A stretch of DNA of 61,992 nucleotides, filler included, from Choristocarpus tenellus KU-1152 (taxonomy: Eukaryota; Protista; Phaeophyceae): assembly GCA_964200185.2 (NCBI GenBank). It is 13 parts of 13 records of this genome, joined end to end, with 100 filler letters (N's around TTAATTAATTAA, not from the genome) between each part and the next. Parts side by side here need not be neighbours in the genome. Positions count along the whole stretch, not along the records: positions 37,195 to 39,945 come from CAXNAD020025055.1; positions 40,046 to 43,145 come from CAXNAD020022331.1; positions 43,246 to 47,280 come from CAXNAD020016560.1; positions 47,381 to 50,336 come from CAXNAD020023378.1; positions 50,437 to 56,941 come from CAXNAD020007988.1; 8 more parts are not named here. One strand, written 5' to 3'. A model generated the notes under the pieces. That model saw only the letters and a program-made list of their open reading frames with translations, had not been told where the DNA came from and made no database searches. The translations under genes and the position numbers were made by a program. Positions 39,393-51,329 of the stretch are shown one piece after another; the stretch's first letter is position 1; every line of letters begins with the position of its first letter.

Positions 39393-40585
39393 GTTACGAT
39401 GCGGAAGTCTCGGTACAACCTCCATGTTATTACAGTCTCCAGAACTCATCTCCACAGGATATGTAACTCTAATCCAACCACCTTTAAAAGACACTACGGG
39501 GGTATTTCCACAGTTGATAGCCACAGATGGGTGTCAGCTACTCTTCTCTCGATGCTTCAGGTGTATGGAGTGAGGGGGTGAGGTAGATTGAGTCAAATCA
39601 AACGAGAGGTACCCAAGAGGTAGCATTTTAAGGATGCAACCCAATATAAAAATTCGACATATTGTATTGCTGAGATTTGAACTAGTATGTGCCGCTGTTG
39701 GGGCACACACAAACCACTATGAAAAGTTGGAAGAATTGGTCATTTTCTACATAATATATTCATATATTGATATTAATGGTATACTTTATCTATAAAGTAC
39801 GAATACACATTAAACAAAGGTTTGTTTTGCTCACAAATTCTAGATTATTATTATTATTTGCTCATTCCTAATTTGCTATTCCTCTATCCTCTATTCCCCA
39901 TTTGATGACCAGCCAGTGCGAATGCCCTTCGTCGCTGATTGTCAGNNNNNNNNNNNNNNNNNNNNNNNNNNNNNNNNNNNNNNNNNNNNTTAATTAATTA
40001 ANNNNNNNNNNNNNNNNNNNNNNNNNNNNNNNNNNNNNNNNNNNNGTGTGCGCCTCCGAGCTGCCGGTGTCGCGCAGACCACCCCAGGTCAATCAATCCA
40101 ATGGACAAAAACAAAAAATAGACGCCTCCCCCCCCCCCCACATACGCGTATTGCCTTTTCCCACTCGTAACGTAACGTCTCGATTAGATGGTTAAGACAC
40201 CGCAAATCATAGCGATTCGACAGTTGCTCTTCGATAATTCAACGCAAAATCGACTCGGAAATCAGAGGATGTGAGATGAGAGGGTTCGTTCAATCGATCA
40301 CAAAACGATTTTCTCGTGCGTTTGTGTTACACGCATTCCAACTCTCGCCTGCTCCGCTCGCCGTTTGCAGCCCTCGCTTCACACGCTCGTGCGTTCACAC
40401 TTAAGTTTGCAACACTACACATACACACACGCGCGCGCGCGCGGCATGTTATTAACATTGACAGTGTTTCGTTTTGATACGCCTTCCATCTCATGCTCAC
40501 TCCGTTGACTAGTTTCAAGCACACGGAAGAAATGACGGTGAAAAACTGCATTTTTAAACAGCGAAAGGCCAAGGACACACACACA

Positions 40586-40619
<34 letters not shown>

Positions 40620-42721
40620 ACATATACTAGCATACATTTCTGCAAGGATACTGCAAATACCATACATAACCGTGACTGACTCCCATACCAATGTGAGCAG
40701 ATGATGGGGAGGGTGCCGGAGGTGAGGGGAAAGCAGAAGATAATCTGCAGCGACAGTTCAAATAAGGGCTTTGATTCAGTCACCTGTACGACTACAAAAG
40801 AAGCTGGACACACCGTGTGTCAGATAGACTACACCGTTAGAGGTAAATACCATAAAGGTTTTAATGCTCCTCCAACCTCACATCATCTACTCAGCAGAGA
40901 TCACAATTTTTCAGGATCTAGTTAATGACCTGCCGCAAAACGGTCCAATATTCAACGCCTGATCCACAGTCTTCGTCCGGCCAGCCATCCACAACCCCCC
41001 CCAATGCTAACATCTCTCTGAAATAGGAAGCCCCTCATGCCCCAAACATGCCAGTTGCCCCCCAGCAAGCGGATACGGCAAGCAGGCACCCCACAAGTAG
41101 AACACCTTTGCAAGTGTGTGGAAACCCCTTTTGCCACGCCTTCAACATTACATGACTATCGTATCATTCATCCAGTATCAGTTACACAGAACTCTAAAGT
41201 AGTACTGGTCCAATCTACACAGGCATGGGTGGCAGGCAGGCAATACAATCAAATGCTTACAACCAGGCAGAAACAAATCTTAACAAGTGGGCACCTGACA
41301 CATTTGTCCAGACCCCTTCCCAAAATACTGCGGTCAAACGTCAATATCTCACATCATTACCTGTTATTAATGCATGTGCTTTTCAATCTATCGCCTACAC
41401 TCACCTCCCTTGACAAAACCTGTATCCCAGGTATGAGATATGAACATGGTACTCGTTGGTGTGAGCAACAGAGGTATGTGTAGAGAGGAGAGATAAAACT
41501 TCAGTAGCATCAATGTCCATCTACTAGTAGGATAGAAAGCTAAAACCAGGGCTTACAATGAAAAGAAAATTTAATAACAACATACGCTAACACAATACAT
41601 ACATCCATACACAAGAAAAACACTTCACCCCCTCATCAACTCAACATTAAAGAGTCAGCCCCACAAATAACCCTGACGAGCATACTCCAACATTTGAATT
41701 AAATTCCCTACTTTGCTTCATCTTATACAAGAGTTCCATCTACAGCATCAGACTTGAACAAATATGGATGAGGTGAATTAGAACTACAGCTGAAAAACTA
41801 CAGACTCCCATCTGTCGATCAGAATGCCATCTGCAAAGGCAACTCCACAGATCCCACCCTCCCTCCTCCTCCTCATGCATGCACACTCAGTAAGACAAAT
41901 CTTGCACTTAGCCCTAATTCACTGAGGGCATTGCCAGTCCTTTAGCAAAATACCAGAGGTTCAACCACTGCAGCTTGCATGTCAGAAAATTTCCAACACA
42001 TGCAATAGCTGAACCAGTCCCATGTGAACTACAGCATGCTGAGAGGGGGTAGCAATAGATCAAGAACAATCAGAAGAGATGGGCTAGAGCCATAACACAC
42101 CAACATTCCACAATAGGCCAAGAGAGTTCAGGGATGACATGTGGAAAAGGAGTTTACAACATTACCAATTCTTGTCCTCAACAGGATATACTTTTTGATG
42201 TTGGTCATGGTGTCTGTTCTTACAGTGTTATTGAAACCAACCAGCATGTTGAACATCAAACTGCAGCGCCATGTTACTTTGCATCAGCTTAGCACTTACA
42301 GTGTTCTCAATCAGCGCGCTATTGCATGAAGCTAGGATATGTCAAGTAGAAGTATGAGTGCTACACTTACAACAATCTCGTGCTGTGTAGTACACCAAAC
42401 ACCCAGTCTATCAAGAGGCACAGATAAATTTCAACATAAGAACCCCCCAAATGCTCAGGAATTTGCACAATGTTCTATTCTGTGCATTTGCTCATATGTC
42501 CAATGTGTGCGTGTGTGTTTGTTTTTCAAAGCGGAAAAGCCACAGCAGTTGTGAGAAGCCAAGAACTAGATGCATACACTATCTTACACAAAAAATACTA
42601 TCAATAGCATTCTGTGTGACACAGCAACTACAGCTGTCTGCAAAAAAGCTTCACCTACTCACCATAATGAATTGTCATTGACAGGAAGGCAAAAAACTTA
42701 AATTGCACACGCCTCCCTCAC

Positions 42722-43145
42722 CTTGGAAACCTCTTTTAAGCTTCGGCATATTCTGTGGCAAACTTCCATTAGATCCCTCTCTTCTCTTCGTCCACACCCC
42801 TCTCCCCCCTCTCTCTCTCGGCAGCGTTTATCTACTGTCTGCAGTCCTTCACTCTTCCCCCCTTGTCCACCAATGACTCTTGCCCCTGCTTCCCTTGTCT
42901 TTCCAACCTTGCTTCTTGCCTCACTGCCACCCTCCCCAACCCTGCCTTCCCCTCCAGAGTCACTGCGGACTATCTGTCCTTGGTGGGGTGCCCCTCTTCT
43001 TGACTCCCTAATCGCACTTGTTTCTCGCCTACGCCGTTCCCCTCTCACTCCCCCCCCCCCCCCCCCCCCCCCCTCCCTTTGGCACACTGGGGGGTGCCCG
43101 GGGGGGGTTTCCCCAGCGGGGAAGAACACCACCTGGAATCCCTGC
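42722..43145 (-). CDS. Probable exon of an unidentified Gly/Arg/Glu-rich protein
   Basis: Open frame ending DLMEVCHRICRSLKEVSK|gtgagg (canonical donor). Possible further exons at ~41017-40930 and ~40772-40690. No family recognised. Confidence 0.4.
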
Positions 43146-43245
43146 NNNNNNNNNNNNNNNNNNNNNNNNNNNNNNNNNNNNNNNNNNNNTTAATTAATTA
43201 ANNNNNNNNNNNNNNNNNNNNNNNNNNNNNNNNNNNNNNNNNNNN

Positions 43246-46200
43246 TTAGTGTTCGCTCTACCACTTCATGTGCCAACAACTGACCAGGTGCTACCCCTGC
43301 CGGTCCCCCTCCCCCCCCCAGCACAGCCTGCTCTCCAGTTGGTATTCCTGCTTCTGGCAATGCTGAACTCCCTTTTTCAGCTGCTTCCAAAGTCCCCCGC
43401 TGCTTGCTCACCCCACTCCCTGCCTCACCCACACCTGAAGTTGCCCCATTGCTTGTGCTGGGCATGAGCTCAAAGGTCCGCTTGATAAAGGGGAGGAGAA
43501 CTCCATCCAGGAGGCTGGCTGCCTTGGGACCGAACTCAATAGTCAGTTGATTCAGCAGCTGTACCACCTGCCATGTGTGAGGGCATGTCTGAAAGTTTGT
43601 GATTGCGAGATTGTTATCTGTAAATGAACTGAATACGCCTCCTTAAAAGGTAAAGCAGTCGCTAATAATTTGGGCACTTGTCCTCCAAAAATATCAGTTT
43701 TCTACTACCCTATCTCATCTTCAGCTTACACTAATGCCACCCACCACGGCCCTCCCTCCCTCCCCCACTTACGCATGAAATCAAACAAAAAAGAGATGTT
43801 GAGCTTGCCCATGAACCCTTCCACACACCTCCATGATGTCCTTGCCATCCCCTGCCCCCACAAGGGTCAAAAGCGCAGCCTGTGGCAGGCCCCTCAGCAC
43901 CCCCTCCCCAAGGCAGGGTATCAGGCCATGGATCAAGAAAATTGTTTTAGCTCGAAGGGAAGTGTGACCCTGGAACACAAGTAGGGCTGATGTGGCCGCT
44001 TCTAGTGCCTAATACATTTTGTTCATTTAAAACCCAAGTAATGTAGGGCAGAATACAGGTGCACACAAAGGCACTAGAGTGTAAGATGGATGTACGGGAG
44101 TGAAGGTATTGGGGTATGGGGCTGGGCATCACAATCTTTTCTTATCTGGTACATAGGGGGAGAGGGATGGCTAACTCCTTGAAGTCAATCACCCCATTGA
44201 GACACATTAGTTGTCTTTCTCACTCTGTCCTATGTGTAACTTTGTAGGGTATGCCTGTTGATGGACACACACACATAAAAATCACAAACACCTCTTTGCC
44301 CTATCTGTCCAAACACAGCCCATCAAGCTCACTCATACGGATGCACCTATTCTCTAGCTCTCCTTTCAATTGAGATCAGGACTTCACCATGTACTTCTAT
44401 GAATGCGCCATTTTAGCCTTACAAATAAATCCTTGACACAACAGCCCTTGCACACCAAATCCAACCCCTTTTTGCAGTGTAACTAACATAACAACCCGCC
44501 TCACAAAACCAGGCAAAATATTTTGTGGTACAACTCGCTAAGAAATTTGTCAAAATACACAACACTTGAAATAATACTTGTTATGGGAATAGTGCTAGCG
44601 TACAACACACGTACCACTTCACTTCCGAAAAATAACATGCAACGGAGCAAGGACCCTTCACTACAGATGAAATCCAAACACATCCTCAAAATGTCATCAT
44701 GGTGCGCCATCCATACCTTGAAGAACCTCGCCTCAAGCTCTGGTCCAACAATAGACTTGAACCCCTTGGAGATACTGGCCATCGTTCCCACGCTTGCCGC
44801 AAGCTCTGTCCCAGCCAAGTGCTGATCTCTGATACCCATTGGAGTAGATGGAACCCCTGACGCAGATACCTGCTGCAAGATAGCAGACACTTTGCTGAAC
44901 TGTTCGCTAAGGACGCTGTCAAGGTACATCACCTGGGATTGTCAATGTTTGGTGGGATCAGAGGGTTGAGAGTGTAAAAAAAAAAACAGAAACAAAACCC
45001 CGATGCAAATACACATGTACACTCTCCAGCGTAAGGAAATAGCCCCCCTCACTTCATACCCATGCATTTCTTAATCTCTGACTTTGCTGTGGCATCTGAT
45101 TCTGTGATCTCACTCGAAGAGCGTAGTTTAAAAAAAAATTGATGAAAGAAAAAAAAAAGTTGTTCAAAGGACGACACCAAATCCATTTGTAACAACCATG
45201 AAAAAGTAATGCAACACACAGCTCTACACACAACAAACACTCCGGTCAAGAATTATAGGTAACAACCCCACTACAAAGTTTTTCCACCAACATACTTCTT
45301 GCATGCTCTATTAAAACCAAACCAAACCAAATCAAAACACACACGCACACTCAAGTCGATGCGAAAGCAAGCAAGAAAAACACCCAGAGATTTCTTCCGA
45401 ACTAAAAATAAAAACACACAAGCAGACAAAAAAAAAGAGATCAACTGGACAACAACCAACAAAAATGTTCATGGACGAGGTGGGCAAGAATTTCCAAAAA
45501 AACAGTCAGGATTACGCACGCACTTGCTCTCATACAAACCCACCTTCTGCGGATCAGGGACATTCTCAAGGCCAATGAGATAACCAACCGTCTCAGCGAG
45601 GTTCAGAATCGCCTCACTCGAAAGAGTATTGGAGGCATTCCCCTTTGAGCTTATCATGTCTGACCGCAGGGCGTGAAAAAAAAAAATCAATACCCAGTGG
45701 ATGGGGGTAAGATTTTTCACAGGGGAGTGTGTTATTCGAAGAGAAGATTAGCAATGATAAGTAACACATTCTTATCTGAAACTGTCCTCCACAGTGCTCA
45801 AACAAAAAATAAAACACAAGGGAAGTCTCGGGACCCCTCAAAGCTCAATCACACACCCCTGTTAGATGGTACCACTCATAATTTTCTCGAGACGGCAAGA
45901 TTTCTACTCCATACCTTGTACTCCTGGGACAATGACAGAGACGTAGTTGACTGCATCCTCCTTTAAGGCCTTGACCAGTTTGGTGAGGAAGTAGCAGGAC
46001 CTTGAACAGAGCATTGGGTTTGGATTGCCTAGGCCCTGAGAGCCACATATAGCCTCCATCACCTTTCAGTTGTGTGGGAAAGGGGTGTGTGGATATCATG
46101 CAGCAGCAGATTTGAAAACAAAAGGAGCGGAATCACCTTGAAATATGAGGTGCAGTTACAGCAGGCAGGGGGGGCAATAGAGTCGGTGTGCTGCATGCAG

Positions 46201-47280
46201 AGCATGAGCCAAGCAACAAGTCCTGGGATAACACATGCGATGAAAAGTGATGGCGGCCTTCCACAGTGACAACATGGTAGGCAATAATTTACACAAAGAT
46301 TCCCCACAAACATATCCAAGTGTTCTCCCACAGAAACCCACACACCCCAAACCAACAAGAGTCAAACACGTAACAGAGCAGAGCACCCAATAAAATAAAA
46401 AAAGAGGGCTGCATGGTTGATTTCCGAGGTAAACAACCAAACCCGACTCAACCTTCAAAGGTAACAGAAGGTGAACATACTGCACTCACACCCACACCTG
46501 AGCAATAACTTCCCATGCTTGAAAAATAAAACATATAGCCACCCACTACTTCCGACAGCCTATACACCTCTCCCCCCTGGTTCCTACCCTGTTTACTGCT
46601 TGACCTACTCTAGGGCCTTGCATGGGGTAGGCTCGTCTCACCTTGGGAACAAGATGGGCGGGCCCAGAACTGAGGATCTTGCTGTATCGAACTGTCAGTT
46701 GGTAGTAAAGCAGGAGGACCTGAAAGTGTAGAGATTGGAGGGGTTGGTGGAGAGGAGGGACATGGGGCGGGAGGGGGGATTACAAGTGGTTCATGTAAAA
46801 CCTGGTAGAGGATTTCATTCACACTTCGCTGATGTTGGCATTGATTTTGCATTTTGATAAGGCATCTAGGTTCAGCTCAATCTGATTGGCCAAAGCTTAG
46901 AGCGCTGAATTCTCATTGTTTGGAAACCAATGAATAGAGGAGTGCAACAGAAAAGGGAGAAGGGCCTCAGGGTGCATCAGACACCAGGCTTGAAGTCGAG
47001 GCAAATGCTCAGGCAACTCAATACCTCAGACTACTGCACGGACCTAGCCAACATCATGGTGCTGAGCAAAATCGCACAGTCCAACTCGCCTGGGGGTGAG
47101 GGTGCTGGGCAACATCACTTTCATGCAGTGCCAGGACCATCTGCGGGAATGCCCCTGACCTTAGCACCTCCCCAGCATCGTTTGCCGCAGCTGCCCTCCC
47201 CCTGATCCCCCCCCCCCCCCCCCCCCACCCCCCCCCCCCCCCCCCCACACCTCCCCCGCCCCTCCCCCTCCCCTTCCGCC
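43246..47280 (-). CDS. XPOT: Exportin-T (Los1/PAUSED orthologue), internal fragment, 7 exons
   Basis: Exons >47090, 46719-46642, 46062-45915, 45659-45544, 44932-44717, 44008-43829, 43567-43246. Motifs HPHPQ|VLLLYYQLTVRY, GLGNPNPMLCSRSCYFLTKLVKALK, MASISKGF, LRAKTIFLIHGLIPCLG, QLLNQLTIEF. Confidence 0.88.
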
Positions 47281-47380
47281 NNNNNNNNNNNNNNNNNNNN
47301 NNNNNNNNNNNNNNNNNNNNNNNNTTAATTAATTAANNNNNNNNNNNNNNNNNNNNNNNNNNNNNNNNNNNNNNNNNNNN

Positions 47381-47420
47381 CAATTGGACAGCTGCTACCC
47401 CCTCCCAGATACTTTGAGCC
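47381..47420. mobile_element. Terminus of sister element family B (poly-G variant of the family A end)
   Basis: GGACAGCTGCTACCCCCTCCCAGATACTTTG. The same or a related end occurs at 1-21, 13383-13420, 28703-28722, 37204-37248, 50283-50336 and 56853-56915, always at a contig edge. Confidence 0.75.
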
Positions 47421-47651
47421 TTGTCTGTTATTATACCGTTATTGTCGTATGCCATATACCGTAATACCACCGTACCGACTAAGGTTCCTTGTCAAGCATC
47501 CATGATTCCACTGGCGGACCTTCCGTCAGAATGAAATAATGGAATCTCTTCACGAGACCAATTCCACAGACTTGGGACAGCTCGTCATTCAGAGTTGTCA
47601 CACATGGAAGATCCACTTTGTTCTCACGTCTTGACTTGTGGTGATAAAGTC

Positions 47652-47902
47652 GAGCCAAATTATCTTAGAGGGTAGAGCCGCGTCCATTTGGGGGTCAATA
47701 TCCAATGTTGTGATCTTGATATAATTTGGCTATTGTTTTATTAGGAAGTATCTATATCCTTGTTCTGGACTCACCTTTCCTTAACATATACATTTTACCT
47801 ACTCCAAAACATTTTGGAGTAGGAAAATGTCATAAAAAACCCCGAGGGAAGTCAAGCACCAAATGGACAAACAGGGAAAAACCCTCTGAGATACTTTCAC
47901 TC
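47652..47902 (-). mobile_element. MITE family A copy (reverse)
   Basis: GAGCCAAATTATCTTAGAGGGTA...ACCCTCTGAGATACTTTCACTC; TSD AGTC/AGCC. Confidence 0.92.
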
Positions 47903-48235
47903 AGCCCCATCTTTGAAGATGCTCATCACTCCTCAATTTGCATTTGTCAAACCTTAACCTCGTACCCTCAGTTACGGTTCCTCTTTGTTCGTCTGGTCAG
48001 TCTTGCGCGGTGATTCTCTTCGCCACCCTTGCCTGAGTGAACCACGCCACCACAGAATCACACGATTCACACTTCATCTACTTATATTTCTTCATATTCA
48101 TCAACTACTCCTGACTTCTATTGAGTATTTCTAGTCATCATATTTGTAAAAAAATGAAAAAAAAACTTCCTAGCATATCAAAGAGAAAAAAATGTTTTTT
48201 TTTATGTGTGACATAATGTATATACTTAGTGTATA

Positions 48236-48754
48236 TTTAAGCTCACAGTTAGCAGATCCCTAGGGAGGGAGGAGGCCCTATCAAACAGGTGTCCAGTGGC
48301 AGGATGCAGGAGGCAAAATATTGATACCAGACATGCTTGTACCTGCCCCAGGGCAGGGGGACAGGTACGGCAGCACACTCCAATGGTGAAACGCCTGCAC
48401 CAGAGTGAAAGTATCTTAGAGGGTACGAGTTTTGCCCTGTTTGTCCATTTGGGGCTTGGCATCTCGTAGGTTTTTTAATGACATTTTCCTACTTCAAAAT
48501 GCTTTGGAGTAGGAAAAATGTATACGTTATGAAAAGGTGTGTCCGGAACACGGATGTTGACACTTCCTAACAAACACAATAGCCAAAATTATATCAAAAT
48601 CGCAACATTGGATTTTGGCCCCCCCAACTGGACGAAAGATACTTTGGCTCACCAACTATGCAAGGGGATGGGCATCCCTTGCACTACGGAGGACGGTAGC
48701 CTTTTCAAAGTGGACAGGAATCTCCGCATGGATCTGGTGTTCCAGGGGCACTAG
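48236..48754 (+). mobile_element. CRE-like (RLE-endonuclease) non-LTR retrotransposon fragment interrupted by a MITE
   Basis: Removing 48403-48654 gives FKLTVSRSLGREEALSNRCPVAGC...DTRHACTCPRAGGQVRQHTPMVKRLHQLCKGMGIPCTTEDGSLFKVDRNLRMDLV, a CCHC finger plus RH...E...R(P/M)D restriction-like endonuclease motif. Confidence 0.8.
48403..48650 (+). mobile_element. MITE family A copy
   Basis: GAGTGAAAGTATCTTAGAGGGTA...AGATACTTTGGCTC; perfect TSD ACCA. Confidence 0.95.
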
Positions 48755-49449
48755 CGGACGCCGGAAAGAGAAAGAAGAACGAGGTAGGAAGGACTTGGGA
48801 CAGAACGAAAGGTAAAAGTCAAAAGGCGGAGGAAGGAGGACAAGAAAGGGAAAGATTGTGGGGGGGGGGGAGGTCAAGTTCGGGCAGGGTAGATGTTTTC
48901 TAGTTCAAAGGCACGATATGAAAGTGGATGAAGTGGAGGTGTTCTTGGATCAATGTGGAGTGTTGTGGTGTGGTGTGGAGGAAGGTGGAGTGGATTCAAG
49001 GAAGTTGACTGCATCGGCTTGTGATTGGATAATATGAGGAAATTGGCCACGTTGAATGTGCGAAAACTGGTTGCATTGGTTGGTGATTGGATAAGTAGAA
49101 ATTGATCGCATTGGTTACTTAGTGGATATGTGGAAATTGGGCGCTGTGATTGATGACTGGATACACGGAAAGTGGGTGCGATAGATGATTGGAATTGGCC
49201 TCAAAGGTGATGGGGTAACAAGGATAGTAATGGGGAAGGTGGCGGGGGAAGAAATAAGCGGTGTGATGTTGATCGAGGAGGAGTAGAATGGATGGAATGA
49301 TAAGACGAGCCTGACTAATCCAGAATTCGTGAGCAAATCAAATCTTTAAATAGTTGTTGGTACGACTCATCTTCAGCAAAATATGTACAAGTATTTGTCT
49401 CATCACTCACTTCATTATGAAACACTTGCAAATATTTGTACGCACCACT

Positions 49450-49900
49450 CCCATATCTACATTGGAACTACACATCCCGGCTAAGGCAACCTGCTGGGAG
49501 CGTTTACAAGAGTGGTGTATACCCTAAGCTCACATGAACAGCAAGTTCTTAGTTCGTGACACTGATGTAGAATTCACCACTGGTAGTTTGCATTTTCAAT
49601 GCACCAAGTGGCAACAAACACTCTAAATAGTGTGGATTTTTTTTTGTGGATTCACCTGCTCACTGAGCTAGGGTGTCAAACAGGGCGTCTGATTTGGACC
49701 ATGCCACAAGACTGCAACGTGGCGTACATGAAGAAGAATGAACAATTGGACATAATTCGCTTACCTATTATCATTAGGGTGTACCTGATCAACGACGTTG
49801 GATGGATCTGTGTGGATGTGAGGCAGCACGCGGTAAGATGATGGAACAAAAAAACAGTCCTCTTCATGAACGATCTAAAAACTCTCTCGTACTGTATGCT
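49450..49900 (+). mobile_element. Copia-like RNaseH relic
   Basis: LWIHLLTELG ... CVDVRQHAVR resembles WL..LL.ELG ... HIDVRHHFIR; degraded. Confidence 0.5.
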
Positions 49901-51329
49901 CCATCACTCTTGAAATGTTGGTGATGTGTTGTTCTCTTCCTCCTTATCACCTCTCCAATCTTGGGTGCGTGAATTTCGATCTGAGGGATAATGCTAAAGT
50001 ATCCCACGACTCGTTTTAAGATAGGAGTGATGAGCACACACTGCTGTCATCAAACGTTTGTAGAGGAGTGATTAATGTCAAGGAGAGAGGCGACTAGGCA
50101 ACCTCAGACCACCTTGAAATAACAGAATCACATTCAATCGATCTGTTCATATACTAGAACAGCTCTGGGTTTAACAAGTAATACTAGTAGTGATCTCCAA
50201 TACAGTTGGAGGAGTGTATTGGAACACCCTCGCTAGTTGAAACAACTCTGAGCAGTCACTAGGCTGTGTATACTTTGAAATTCTCAAAGTATCTGGGAGG
50301 GGGTGGCGGCTGTCCATTTGGGGTCAATTTTTTCATNNNNNNNNNNNNNNNNNNNNNNNNNNNNNNNNNNNNNNNNNNNNTTAATTAATTAANNNNNNNN
50401 NNNNNNNNNNNNNNNNNNNNNNNNNNNNNNNNNNNNTAACGCCATTTCTATTATTATATTCCGACCCGTGGTCAGAGGCACCACACACTGCACTACTACT
50501 ACTGCTACTACTACTACTACTATTACCCCACCACTACCACCACCACCACTAGTACTACAACCAATACTCACACTAAGTGCTACAATGTGCTACACAATTA
50601 GTGGTCGAATGATCATAGGTAATAGATGGGAAGACAACTGACTGCTATAGGTCTATCCTACTGTACTCCCTACCATCTGACATCAAGCACAAGTGAGGTT
50701 CAAATGGAAATTCCACGCCAGCTGCAATTCTTCAGTTGCCCAAGATTGATTTTCAAGAAACCTTATTATTAAACTTGAAGCAGGACAGGGCTAGCTACCA
50801 GAGCAGCACCTTTGAGAGAGTTGATACGACCTTGGGGTATGTTGTTGGGTGCAAGTATGTTGAGATACTAACTGGTTCAAATCCAGAATGGAGATTGTCA
50901 TTCAATAAAGGCAGGTGATTAACATAATTTCGAATACGGAAGCTATTTATTTCCAAAAAATAAAAACAAATACTGAGTATAAATTTGTGTTCTTCTAGAG
51001 CAATGTAAGAATTTAATCAGTTAGACGCCAATTGTTGGGAAAAACAAGAAAACTGATAAGTCAGTATGGCAAGTAAACAAAGTGCGTAACACTATACAGG
51101 TCACAATTAGGCATGGTTCCTCCCCATCTCGGACACAGAATAAACCGGACACCCCTACACACTGTGATTTGTGTAACTCTCTAGTGGACAGGCACGTGCC
51201 CAATAACACAAGCTCTGAATACTCCACTTTTAGCAAGGGGTCTCCAAATTGTACATTAAATACTCCTTTAGCACCCACCACTATGACAAAACCTGCAGTA
51301 GTCACGACACACCAGTTACACTTTTGTAC

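Noticed and set aside
40140-40575. CpG-rich segment resembling a DNA-transposon end (similar patches at ~38500-38740 and ~58260-58700)
   Set aside because: No partner TIR, TSD or second copy in the window.
47652-48650. Composite transposon formed by two inverted MITE copies
   Set aside because: Each copy has its own TSD (AGTC/AGCC and ACCA/ACCA) and the outer flanks do not match, so they inserted independently.
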